DNA from: Raillietiella orientalis
Lineage: Eukaryota
Length of the DNA: 64,000 nt
Direction: 5' to 3'
NCBI GenBank assembly: GCA_036172245.1
Contig: JAYWIR010000035.1
Location: forward strand, 124,001 to 188,000
Shown here piece by piece: positions 31,467-43,100 of this stretch (positions are counted from its first letter, which is position 1; every line of letters begins with the position of its first letter). The notes under the pieces were generated by a model. That model ran no database searches and was not told where the DNA came from. It was given only the letters and a program-made list of their open reading frames with translations. Position numbers and translations under genes: made by a program.

Positions 31467-31694
31467 CAACCGCATTTTACATTGCAACCTTTATGAACGA
31501 AAATAGAGTTCTTCAGTTCTAGTTTTTGCTTACGGCAACACTTGAGGCATTCCACCTTTCACTGATGCTTTCTCCCCTTTGTCCTTACACTGCGAAGGAA
31601 GAAAGACACTGTTGTACATCTGGGAGGGGATCCTCCCCCCGCCCTAAATGCAAGTTCCTTTTTTGTGATGTAGTCGACAAAAGACCATCAACGA

Positions 31695-33154
31695 TTACAG
31701 GATTTTCTTGTTCTTCCTTTGCTGCCTGGGAGAAGTCCACCATCTGTTTCCAGCAGATTTTTCATCACTTGTGTTGCTTTCCGACTCGGCAAAGTCCGTT
31801 GATTCTTCTTTTTCCTGCTTCGTTAGACACTTACTCCTTGTTAGTTTTCTCGCTACAGGCGGGTTGATTTGTACCGTATCGACGATTGGCGCTTTCACTG
31901 CTTTTTGCGCTTCAAGGCGCTCCTTTTCGTCTGCTTTTGTGTAGCGATCCTCGCGTCGAGAGTGGAAGTAGTCAACAGAATTTGCTTCTTCTGTTTCTCG
32001 GCGGACGTACGGACGAAACGCTTCCTCGAATTTGCCGTTTATACGCTGTTTGTCTTCCTCGGTCAGCACTCTTGCGCGACGCTTGAACCCCGTGATCTTT
32101 TGCTTTCATTCCTCGGTTGCGTGGCTTTCCGCCACCGCTACTGGAGGAATCTTTCACGGACAGCCACTGCCTTTCCTTCTGGGCTCCTGCTGCTGCTTTC
32201 CTAGGAGGTTCGTGTCGCTGACTGTTGAGGGGGAAAAGCTCCACCTGTTTCTTCTTCGCCTCCACTTCGGGGAGCGGAAGTAGTCCTCGGACCACGAACC
32301 AGTCAGAGTATTTCTCTCACTCCTTCTTCACGTGGCCCGATATTTTGCAGTGATAGCACTGCAAGGGTCTGGAGCAATCCTTGATGGCATGGCCGATTCG
32401 GCTGCACTTGAAGCATCTCACCTTGAGGGGAGTCCCCACGCGGTGGTCGAACTCCTTGCAGCCCGTGCAAAAGGTGGGCTGCAGGCGGCAGCGCACCTGC
32501 ACATCCCGGAAGTGCTCGTCGATGGCGACGAATCCTTGAATCTTCGTGTCCGCAAACAGCTTCATCCGCACCATGGCCTCTTCGGAAAAGATCTCCTTGA
32601 TCTCCTGGTTGCGGAATGCAACCTTCTTGACTTCATGGTATTGGGAGAAAAAACTCCCACACTCAGTGGTACACGTCTTCCTGACTGGTGCCTCAGTGTG
32701 CGCCGGTCAGGTAGACAGGGGTGGTCGACAGTCCTCCCATTCTATGCAGCCGTCTCCCGTTGAGGACGATGCCCTGCTCCATGAGGGCCTCCTGCGGCTC
32801 CTCGTCTGCGGTGTAGACGGTGAATCCAATCGCAGACGGAACGATGACTTTGATTTTTTGGAAATCCACCTTCTCTTTGTGGAATGCCACGTGGACGTCC
32901 CGCACGTTGGCGAGTCGCAGCAGCATTCCCGTTCGGAACGCGATTTGTTTGACTTCCTTGTCAACTTCCCATACGGACTTCTCCACCCGTTCCATTTCAA
33001 AGATGGCGAGCTTCGTCGGCTTCGCCATTGTCACCGCCGTTGTGTTCTGCAACGCTGTCACGGCCGCGTAAGACAGCGGTGGCTGCGCCGTCGCCTTCGC
33101 TGCCAACTCGGGCGAGGTTATCTCCCTGCTGGTGCCGGGTTGGCACACCTCCAT
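31695..33154 (-). mobile_element. L1/Tx1-type ORF1 (gag-like, ZCCHC3-like, three CCHC knuckles), frameshifted
   Basis: SYAAV, then FFSQYHEVKKV...VRMKL...IQGFVAID...LQPTFCTGCKEFDH...CFKCSRIGHAIKDC..LQCYHCKISGHVKKE, followed by a charged low-complexity tail. A few stops and frameshifts are present. Confidence 0.78.
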
Positions 33155-34920
33155 GGGCGTGCGGGTTGCCTTTAGATTTCCTGACCCTCAGACGGGTGCC
33201 GCTGGTAACTCTGGGTCTTATACTTTCTCCCACTTGTTCTCCTGGGGCAATCCAAGCTTCGAATCCAACTCTGACGATCCACAGCGCTACTTTTCCTGGT
33301 TCGTGAGAAACATCGCCTCGAAGCCAGGGAGGCCACCAGCATGGCAGCCACCTTCGTGAGGACTGCTGCAAGGTAGCCTTACCTGCCTGAAGTCGTCAGG
33401 GAGATCGCCTCCATGAGCAGCCGCTTCTAGAAAGAAAGGAACGAAGATAACCAAAGATCCCTGTCCCTACCTTCCACCTTTTATTAATTTACTGTCTCCC
33501 TTTCCTCCGTTCCCTACTTTTATAGAAGCCGGCTTGCATGCCGTTGGTCATTCCCTGAATAACCCTGAATGAACTTTTTGTTTGTTTGTTTTTGCGTATT
33601 TTTCTATTTAGGGTACCGTCCAGCAAGTTTATGGAACTGCTTGGATGGTCTCTCATTTGTGTTTTCTTTTTTAAGTAAACGCCCTGGCGTGACTTGGCGT
33701 GTACAAACCGGTAGCAGCAAGCGTTTTGATTCCTGCGGCCAGCAGCTCCCATTACCGGAAGTGGGCAACAAATTCCAGGCGCAGGGGACTTGAAAGAAAA
33801 AAAGCACGCCAACCAGCACGGCACTTGTAGGGTCAGCTGTACCAGCGAGCCGGAGTGCATGTGTACCTGCACACACGACGGCGCGCTCTCACTCGGGGAT
33901 GGCGTGTTTTCCCTCCCGGCTGGCGTTTGGCGTTGCCTGCGGAACGATCGACGTTTCCCCTAACGACGACGGCTAACTCCACAATGCGTACCGTACGTGC
34001 ACGTACGCGCTTCGGCGGAAAATCGGCTCTTCAGCATCGCAACTCCTTCAAAAATCGGAAACGTCACGCGTGCTTGGAAACCCAAGGTTGGAAGCTGCTA
34101 CCAGAAGTTTCTTCAAATTCACTCCCGCAGCTAATCTAAATAACCGAACGGCTAGGGGGTGCGTTGGGATTCTGGGCACGCGGGGAATCCACGGATTGCT
34201 CGAAACTTCTGATTATTGCGAGGGGGAAAGGAAAAGAAAATCGTGAAAAGAAAAAGAATCGAAAAAGATGCTCCTGACGAATGCTGCAGTATGTGATGTT
34301 TGGGAGAGAATCTCGCGATTTGGCGACCTCGTTGTTCCCGGCTGCCTCCGACCGTCCGTGAAGCAGCTGTCACCTAGGAAAACGGCTTCAGGCGCTGCTC
34401 GCTCCCAACGGGCGCACCCCGAATCCCATCAGGTGAGCCTCCGAGCTACAGAATCGGCGCGTGTAATCGGCTCCGAGCGAAGGCTCTTTTCTTGGAGGTC
34501 GCTTTTTCCGCCGGTCCACCGGGAGCGATCGCTCGGGAGGCGTCTCGGAACTTCCTGAGTCCTGGCCGTCACCGGATTCTCGGCTCAGCAGCCACAAGGA
34601 CGGGAAGTGACGGTCGGGAACACGCGCATCCAGTGCGGAGCTTCCGACAGGGAATGCCATGGCTCATCCCATGACCTTGCCCGGAACGATGACACAGATT
34701 AGGTCAAAAGCGAAGGTGGGAGAGAACTCAGGGTCAGATCAGTCATTTCTCGCTCCCTGGCTCTTGAAATCGATTGTCCAGCTCGAAGCTGAGAGCCTGT
34801 ATCCCCAAAGATGGTTCCCATGTTGCACGGCTCCATATCCGATTCTGCATCCCTAAGCTCTTTTGCACGGAAACGTGGATCGTTTGCTCATCTTCTCTCG
34901 GGATAGCCAGCAATGGGCAT

Positions 34921-35637
34921 CGAACTCTCCCAGATAGGGGATACCCCGGGAGGGGACCACCCTACGAGTCCAGGAAAGGCTCCGCAGGAAGGAGTCCATT
35001 CCTTCTCACGCTTGGGAGGGAATCCCGAAGGGAACCCTCGCCCTGCTTGTTTGCCAAGGGAATCCTGAAGAAAAGAACCTCTTCCTTGTTCTCTCCGGGG
35101 GGAGGGGTTCCCCTATAGGAGTCTGCTCCATTTTTTTCTTCTCCGAAGTGAACCCGGAAAGGATCCGCTCCTGGTTTCCTCCTCCGAAGAGAGAACCCCG
35201 AAGGGACGCTTCCGAATTTTCTCTGAAGGGTAGCTCCCGAAGGGCGCAGCGCGCTTCACACTCTGGAGAGGCAACATCAATCGACCAGCTCCGTGGTACG
35301 AGATAGAGGGGGTCCTCCCCCGTGGTGAGGAAACGGCTCCATTGGCACAACCGGAGGGAAACTCCGAAGGGAATCGCTACTCCTTGATGTTTCCTGGAAG
35401 GACCTCGGAGGGTCGACTTTCAATTCCGGTCATTTATCGGGGGCATCCGGTTTTTTAGCTTCCACCGGTACCGTACCTGAAGAGCCTTCATGTCCACCAG
35501 AGTCATCTTGCGAGGAGGTAAGGGACTCGGATCTCCCACGACGTGCACCCTGTTCTCGGGGTCGATCTTTCCCTCGGGCGGGATTCGAACCCGCGACGCT
35601 TCGTAGCGCGCGCGGAGACCGCAGCCACCAACGGGAG
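34921..35637 (-). mobile_element. tRNA-headed SINE-like element, copy 2
   Basis: Perfect B-box GGTTCGAATCC (35581-35591) preceded by gcgtcgcg as in the other copies. The body is colinear with copy 1 and ends in agttcg like copy 1. Confidence 0.8.
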
Positions 35638-36519
35638 ATCATCGATCTCTGGGAATGCCATCAGCACGAAACCCGGTTACGCGGATTTCTTTGACAGATT
35701 GGGGAATTTTTTCACCGACAGGATCGCTTCCTCCTGGTCTGGAGTGTCCTGGTATCTTTTCTTTTTTTTTTTTAGAGTATATCCTTAAATTTTTTTTTTT
35801 CTAGAGTTTTCGCAACACTGCGTGTGTGTGAATGAGCATTCACGGATCTGCTTTTTCATTCCCCTGACGGTAGCAGCATCGTCCATCTTCCCTGTTCACC
35901 GACGAGAACATGTTCAAAGGAATTGCCCACCGCCCTTCCCAGCTTTGGAAATCTCCGATCGATTCCTTCTGAATTCCCTGGCCCAGCGCCCAGCACATGT
36001 CCGTTCCCGCACTTTTGGATTTCGCTTTTGTTTTTTTCCGTCCCCCCCCCCCCCCCTTTTTTTTCTTCCTTTTCCCTCGAATGCTGACTGGCGCATGCTC
36101 CATGCATCCTCACCTCATTTGGAGGCTCGGTTCGTTTGGGAACCTTCACTCCGAAAGGACGGCGCAAACGGCTGTCCCCAACGCGCAGCACGCCAATTGT
36201 CCATGATTTAAGGCACTGGACCCAGGTAACAAGCACTGGGCGCGCACGTGACCCTCCGGACTCGAGAGTTTCCCGAGTCCTTGCTCGTGCCACATGAACG
36301 CCCGGGAGAAGGCGCTCGCGACTGCGTGTATTCGATTTTCACCCTGGTGCGCCGGGGTGCTTATTGCAACAACAAACATATAACGAGAACTGTGGAACCA
36401 CACACAATTCAATGGAGACCTGCCGGACGCCGGTTCGCAGACCGGCGCGGTCCACCACGGCAGCAGAGGGGAGAGGACAAACAAAAAGAAAAAATAAATA
36501 AATAAATAAAATAAATACA

Positions 36520-36960
36520 CTTTGGGGGGTGCGGAAAGGGTGGTAGTCCTGTCCATCCTCTGTAGGATGTCGGCATGGTCTTGCTGCATGTTGTCTTCCA
36601 GGTGGGACCATCGCGTTGCTATCCTGATGAATTGGACGGCGAGGTGGATGGCATTCCTATCGCTAAATCCTCCCGCTGCTTTCTCCAGGCAGCGACGATC
36701 CCACTTAGGCAGCACAGGGCTGCCAGGGAGGCCGTTGGCCGAAGGACGTCGCGTCGCGAGAGAAGAGGGGTTTGAAAGCGTCCCTGGAGTTGCCTCCGGG
36801 GGTCCCCAGAGCAAGAGTTCCCAGAGGGGCCGGAGGGCAACACAGTCCACTGACAGCTGGGGGAGGGACTCACGCTCTCCGCACCTGATATATTTGGGGG
36901 GGTCCACACCCCCGATCGCGGGAATCCGACGAGCGGGGCCGGCCACTGAGGTGAGACTTT
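36520..36960 (-). mobile_element. L1/Tx1-type LINE ORF2 3' relic (zf-RVT) with T-rich 3' tail
   Basis: VDPPKYIRCGERESLPQLSVDCVALRPLW is a degenerate CxxC..E..H..C..W motif. It is followed by a (TATT)n tract. Confidence 0.5.
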
Positions 36961-37599
36961 TCCCTCTCCCGTCGAGTGCGAGCTGTCTTGCTGCAAGCCG
37001 CGCTCGAGCTCGGAAATCTGTCAAAGTGTGAATCTGGGGGCGTGGGCTTCCGCAGCTCCGCCGTCGCACCGGGGGATCCTTGCACGCGAGGTTTTCGCCC
37101 GTCTCCTGCCACAGGCCTGGATCGACCGAGGCGCGTAGCTCCGGAATGCCTCAAGCGAGTGCACGCCCGAGACGCTGTGGGCTTCTGAGAGCGCTCACCG
37201 GTGCGGAATCTCCTGCAGAGCGGCGCGAGGGGGTGGGGTAGGGTGGGGGGGGGGGCGGAACAAAAAGCGAAGCGGGAAGCGCAAAAATGCTGACGCGAGC
37301 TCTGCTTTCTGCTGTGCCGCTTTCCTCTAAACGGCGCACGTCCGTTGAGAAGCGCGAAAGCGCCAACCCGCGGAGATGAACTCGAGTGCGAACAGCATCC
37401 GGAGAAGGACCAAGAACCCAGACGTGGAAGCTTTGGTTGCGTTCGAGGTGAGGGGCACGAGTTTTGCTCTATCGCTTTCTTTCTGGGCTGCGATTCTCCC
37501 GAGAACACACTTCGTTCCTCCCTCTCCCTCACCTTCCCTCCATACGACTTTGGGCCATGGGAGGGGGACTGCGAGACGTCTCCAAGAGAGCACCCCTCC

Positions 37600-38400
37600 G
37601 CTTCCTCAGTCGGACATCGCCATCCTGACATCTTTCATCCATGGACGGAATCCCTCTTGGAACGAAAACGATAGGGTCGGACGCGGACGGAGCAGTACAC
37701 CGTCCATCTCGGCTACGCAACCATCGGTGTCCTGATCCTTGCAGCCTCTGGAATCGCACTTCCGGCTTCGCGCAAAGGCCGCAACCGCAGTGCCGTGGAA
37801 GTGTAGGTGAAGGACGTAGAAGGGGACGCGCACCTCCTATTCTGTTGGAACCTGGCTCCTGCACCTCAGGATGCCGACCGCTGATTTCTGAACGGACCGA
37901 GTCCGAAGCGTCGAGAAGCTCCCGATGGAAGATGAATCGGAGACAACCGGGCGGTCCTAAATCAGTAGCGTCCTCGCTGCTGTGTCGGGAAACCGACCCG
38001 ACTCCGAAACAAGGAAGCTTGGTTTTCTTCTTCCAGCAGAGGTGCGCGCGGAAAAGAGGCAGCGACACGCGGCCAGCCTTCCTCAACGGCGTTTCGGATC
38101 CAGGAAGATGTGGGACCCACGGAGAGGAGAAAGGGCTGCGCGGAAGCCATTCGGTTTCCACCTTTCAGGGAAGGATTTTGCGAAACATCCCGCCCCCAGG
38201 TGCGAGCGGTCAGCAACGTTCGAGTTGGCGAGAGAAGCTGCTTTGCGAGAGGGCGTTCGAGCTGCTGCCCGCCGTCGCCAAGCGCGTCACACCCGTGCGC
38301 CTGGAAGAGGAACGTAGTAGCTCGGAGCAGCCAGAGGGGAGCAAACTGCCCGCGCGGTGGGATAGAAGGGGATCAGGAGAGGAAACCGGAAGCGGTTTGA
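37600..38400 (+). mobile_element. Decayed APE endonuclease of an L1/Tx1-type LINE
   Basis: SDIAIL (37610), then IGVLIL (37723), GRNRSAVEV, WNLAPAP (37846, like NVYAP) and IGDNRAVLN (37936, like GDFN.VL) in one frame with stops. Confidence 0.45.
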
Positions 38401-41400
38401 TCCACGGATCGGTTGCGCGAACCTCTTCCTACTGATTCGCTAGCAGTGCCCAAGTAAAGAGATGGAGGAAAGAGCCCTTTCCTTGCACATATCGACTCCC
38501 TCCTTGTAGCTCCTCAAAGAAGCACGGAGGCGGATGCCAGTCTAAGAGGCGTGCTGGATCCAGAACATTTCCTTCGCCTGTAAGTACCGGAAGCCATCCG
38601 GTGGTGCTGATACCCGATCCGAATTGGGTGCTGAAGTTCCAGCTCTCAGCCCACGAGCTTCGGACTCTGTGTTCCGGGAAGAGAAGGAAAAGTCAAGAAA
38701 TGTGCATGCGCCCAGCAGTCCTCGACGTCTCACTGTCTTCCGGAAATCGGCGAAACGAGAGAATGACGCCATCTCTCGAGTGGTCGCGCAGTTCAGGGGG
38801 AGGCGGCGCGACGCCATGAAAGGCTGAGGTCGCCTCCTGATCCCTCGGCGCCAGCGCAGCTGCTCCAGCTTCGCATCCGGTTTCCGAAACCCACCTGCAG
38901 GGAGGCTAGCTGCCGGGCGGGCCTGCCTAGGAGGGGTAGGTCGCAGGCACTAGGAGAGAGAGGAAGCGAGCAGTGCGGCAACCAACTGGCATCGCCGGAG
39001 ATGCGATCCTCCAGGCTGCCGCGAGGAGGGAGGTGGAGGTGGAGCTGTGTGCGCGTGGGGGGAGGAGGGGGAGCAAGCCCGAAGCGAACCGTTTCCGGCA
39101 ACTTGTCGCGATCCAACCGCAGAAAAAATCGCTTTGCGCGTCTCGCGGAAGCCATTTGCGCCTCGCGAAGCGAAACGAAGAGAGGTGAATTTCAAGGTGC
39201 GCGCGCGCCACTGCTTCTCAACCAGCGAACTGCTCCCTTTGCCAGCTCTCTGGCTGCTCTCGTCGAAGAAAGACAACCGGTGGGCTGCTACCGTTGACCT
39301 CAGAACCAACGTGCAGCATGCGGCACGAGATCGACATGGAGATGAGCACCCAGCAGTCCGGATGCAGATGCATAAATTGTGCGCGCTTAAAGGAAGGACA
39401 CACAGAAAAAAAATGAAAAAAAAATTGATGAATTAAGGATGCGATCGAAGGTTGTTACTGATCTGATCTTCAAAAAGAAAAAAATTACTGGGAAAAGGGG
39501 AGGGGGAAGGAAGGAACGAAAACATCGAGCACGTCCGAATGAGCTCACCTGTGATGAATGCGAATGGAAAACAGTCTACCCCTGACTTTCCCACAAATTC
39601 ACATTCAGGAAAACAACCGCAGGGCTCACAAAACACAACTTCCGTGTCGCCAACATGTGGTGCTAAGACCAACCTGCGGCAGTGAGTCATATCTGATGCT
39701 TTTCCGCAGGCGGAGGGGGTAAATGATCAAATGGTGATTTGGCAATTCTGCCTTTTCCTACATTTCATTGTGGAGCTCCTCTCTCCCCCTCCTTGCCCCC
39801 TGCATTGTGATCAGATACCCAAGCAGACGATGAAAACAAGCTGGAAGGGGATTTTTGCTCCTGATTACCTGTTCTGATTACCTGAGGACTCCCGGTTTTT
39901 CCCCGTCGGCCGGTTTCCTTCCCGCGCCACTCGCTTGCTCCAAGCACGCTGCCATCGAACGAAAGTACCACGGAGGTGAATGCCTTTCTGGTGCTTTCCT
40001 TTCACGACAGAGCACTGCTGCCACAGTCCCTCCTCGGAAAGCCCGTTTCCTTCTCGCACTTTTTTTTTTTTTTTTTCTCGCACTTTCGTTGGTATCCCTG
40101 GTAACGAAAAGAAGCACGGAATGCGGTCGCTAGCTGCCGCATTGCGGTTAGGAACGTGTAGCCTCCAAAACAGCTCGTCGGCAGCGGGGATGCTGTCCAA
40201 AAAGACGAGTAAAATCAGCCCGTCCCCTAGAAACGTGGCTACTAGATCGAAAGATTCCAAGATCATGAGAATCTGCGAGCACTCGGAGTCAAACGTCCCG
40301 AGCGATACATGAAGACCGATTCACAACAGGAAGAAGTATTCGAGAATTGGTTTGCTAGTGAATAAAGAAGCCAACCAACCACAACTGAAGGGGAAAGGAA
40401 GAGGGGGGGGGGGGATTCAGAGCTCTCATGCCGGAGAGAACCAGGTTTCCCGCATCACCCGAGTACGAATTTCAGATGAGGTTTCAGATACTCGGCTCAG
40501 TTGGGGGCTGACGACGCGCTGTCACCCTCATTGTTGCCGAAGAGGTGGCTCGCCCGGACCGTATTCGCGAGTCGAAGATCGCAGCGCCACGAAGGGCAGT
40601 TCGGGAAGCCGGGCGGGCCCCAAGAACGGAAGGAAAAAGGCGTGCAGAGTAGCGTCAGAGCATCGTCAGCGCCGAGGTCTCCCTCTGTGCGAGGAACATC
40701 CGGCAGACTGGCAGTTTTCTTGCGTAGACTCAAGAAATTTCTGCGGAAATTTCCTTTCCTGCGCCAAAAGATGGGGAAGAGGGGAGGGGAGAATGCCTAG
40801 GAAGGGTAGGTCGCAGGCACCAGGAGCAAGAGGAGAAAGGGAAGGGAAGGTCTTCTCTGCCTGCCTGCCCTGCCTCGGTTGGCGGGAGAGCAGTTCGTGA
40901 AACGGAAGAGCTCCGGGGAAGTCCTTCCGTTTTTCCCGCCGAGGTCCTCTTCACGAGGAAGAGATCCGGCAGGTCAACAAGAGGAAGCAAGACGGGGGTG
41001 AGAGAGGGATCCACTGCGAATTCTCCCTGAGCATCCTCGGGATGAGGAACTTGAGGGGAAACAGCCAGTTGCGTCGCAACATCATTCTTCAGAGTCCGCA
41101 CGCGTCAGCATCGTCAAGTGACACAAGAAGGCGAGTGGAGGAGGCAGGCCGCGGGGAGTCAGCGGACCATCCACCTCGAAGGGCCCTCCCCCATAAAAAC
41201 GATCCATTGGAAGGAGAGAATTCGACACCCGCGTTGCCAGCACAGACAGCATCGCCTGCTGTACCGGATAAAAAAAAAAAAAAAAAATGCACTCGCAAGC
41301 GAACGCAAGGCGGGTACGCACGCAGGTCATTCCGGGCTCCTTGGCACTGCTCCGCACGAGAAAACAGCAGGTGCGGGAAGCCGGAAGACTCAAAGAGGGA

Positions 41401-42749
41401 TTTTTCCGCGGTCCACGACGGGTCCTTCGCCCCAGAATCCTCCCAGAGATCTGATGGGGACTTTCGGTGGGAGCGTCCGCGGTAAACGTAGTAGGGAGAG
41501 ATAGGAAAGAGGTGGTGATGCCAACAACAACAGGGAGAGAGAGCGCACGGGGAAGGAAAGGAAGTGACGTGATGTCCTCCTCGTAGGAGGAAGGGGTTCA
41601 CGGGGAGGGGGGAGGGAGAAGGAAGTTATTTGTTGGGGGGGGGGGCAGGTCTCGGGAGCGTCCCGAGATCTGCAGTTCGTGAACCACGGGCGCGGCAGGC
41701 GGTTCGGGCGTTCTCGAGGATGCACAAGGCCGCACGGGCGAAAAGCGCCCGGCGGCAAGACCGGCGGGAGGAGGCACTCCGGTTTGGCCCCCTGGGATTC
41801 CGGGATGAGGAAGGGGACCTGTGAATCCCCACCTCACCTCGCGCGCTCAATGATTTACAGCTAGGGGCGACGGCGAAATTCTTCCGTGGCGGACGCACTC
41901 TCATCCGCCCAGAGGATTTTGGCGAGCAAGTGGGGTGCGCGGGACAGGGGGTCACGTGGGAGCTCGGAGGAAAGATGTCTGCTCTCCTGGCGTCGTCGGG
42001 TGGCGCGCTGTCCGACGACTCGCGAAAGCGGGGCTGGATGCAAAAAAAATCGATAGGGAGTTGGGATGGGGCGGGAGGAGGAGCGAAGAAGGGGAAGGAA
42101 AGCGGTCTTCGTCTTGGTCGGCAGGAGAGGGGCTGCCGGCTCCCATCGGAGGGAGATGCGAGCGCGCTGCCTCCTCGGAGGGAAGTCCGCCTTCCGTCTG
42201 CGATGGCAACCGAGCCGAGGGGCTCTCCCGAGCGACGTCGCGCTCCCTCCCGATGCGCCGCCTGGGAGCGCCCCGGACGCAAAGGCCATCCGTAGAAGAT
42301 GCGGCGTGCGTTCGCGGGCAGGGACACCGGAAGCGGAAAAAGAGCGCGTGGTCTTCTCACACCCTCACGAGGCGGCGAAGACCGACGACAAGCAGGGGAC
42401 CGGGACGGGACGGAGGAAGTCCTCCCTACTGCCTCTGGAAGGCAGGGACCGATTTTTTTTTTTTTTTTTTTGGTTCCCGAAAAATGAATCCTGCTCCAGT
42501 TCGTCCCGGTTCAGAGGTCGAACTCGCACCGCTCTTCCAAGACCCGGTTTCCATGGAAACAGGTGGTCCTTGAGGGAAGGAGACGGTAGGCTGCTACAGG
42601 GATCGAAGAAACAAAAAGAAAAAAAAATGAAATGAAATGGAAAAGCAGAGAGGTGCTTTCGGAGCCATCGGCGCAGAGGCCAGACCGCGGGAAGGGGCTT
42701 CATCCTTCCAAGAGCGCGGTGGACCTCGAGCAGAAATGACCGGCGGTCA

Positions 42750-43100
42750 TCATCTCCACTACGTTTCGGTCCTTCCTTTCGTTCTCGCCCTTCCCGATCT
42801 TCGTCGTTCGCTTCTCTCTTCCTCCAGGAGGCCTGCCCTTCCGCACTGGGAGAGCTCCATCTCCCAGACAGTTTGCCCCGCTTGCCAACTCGCCAGGTTG
42901 CCCCTGATCCCGCGCTGCCTGTGCCATCGTATTTCGCAAGGGGTCGCTCTCCCTCCAATCACGGGAGTGCTGCTGCCCGGGAGCCATCCTGTAGCTACTG
43001 GCTTGCGCATGCGCCGCTTTCGAAAGTTTCCGATCTTTGCGGGAAAAGTCGAACTCTGTTTCTTCGGATGACCCGGTGGTATCGCGTGCGAACTGGCTCC
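42750..43100 (-). mobile_element. Decayed LINE ORF1-like relic
   Basis: GNFRKRRMRK...LPGSSTPVIGG...W.RQ..RG.RGNLAS...QCGRAGLL resembles the Tx1 ORF1 M..LP..IGG..GQ motif with eroded knuckles. Confidence 0.28.

Noticed and set aside
35570..35637. Functional tRNA gene
   Set aside because: The B-box is good but no clean acceptor or anticodon stems can be drawn, and it is the head of a longer repeat.
36320..36410. Penelope GIY-YIG-like CVYSIF...GAY
   Set aside because: Tyrosine spacing fits, but YIG, the conserved Arg and EH are missing. Too weak.
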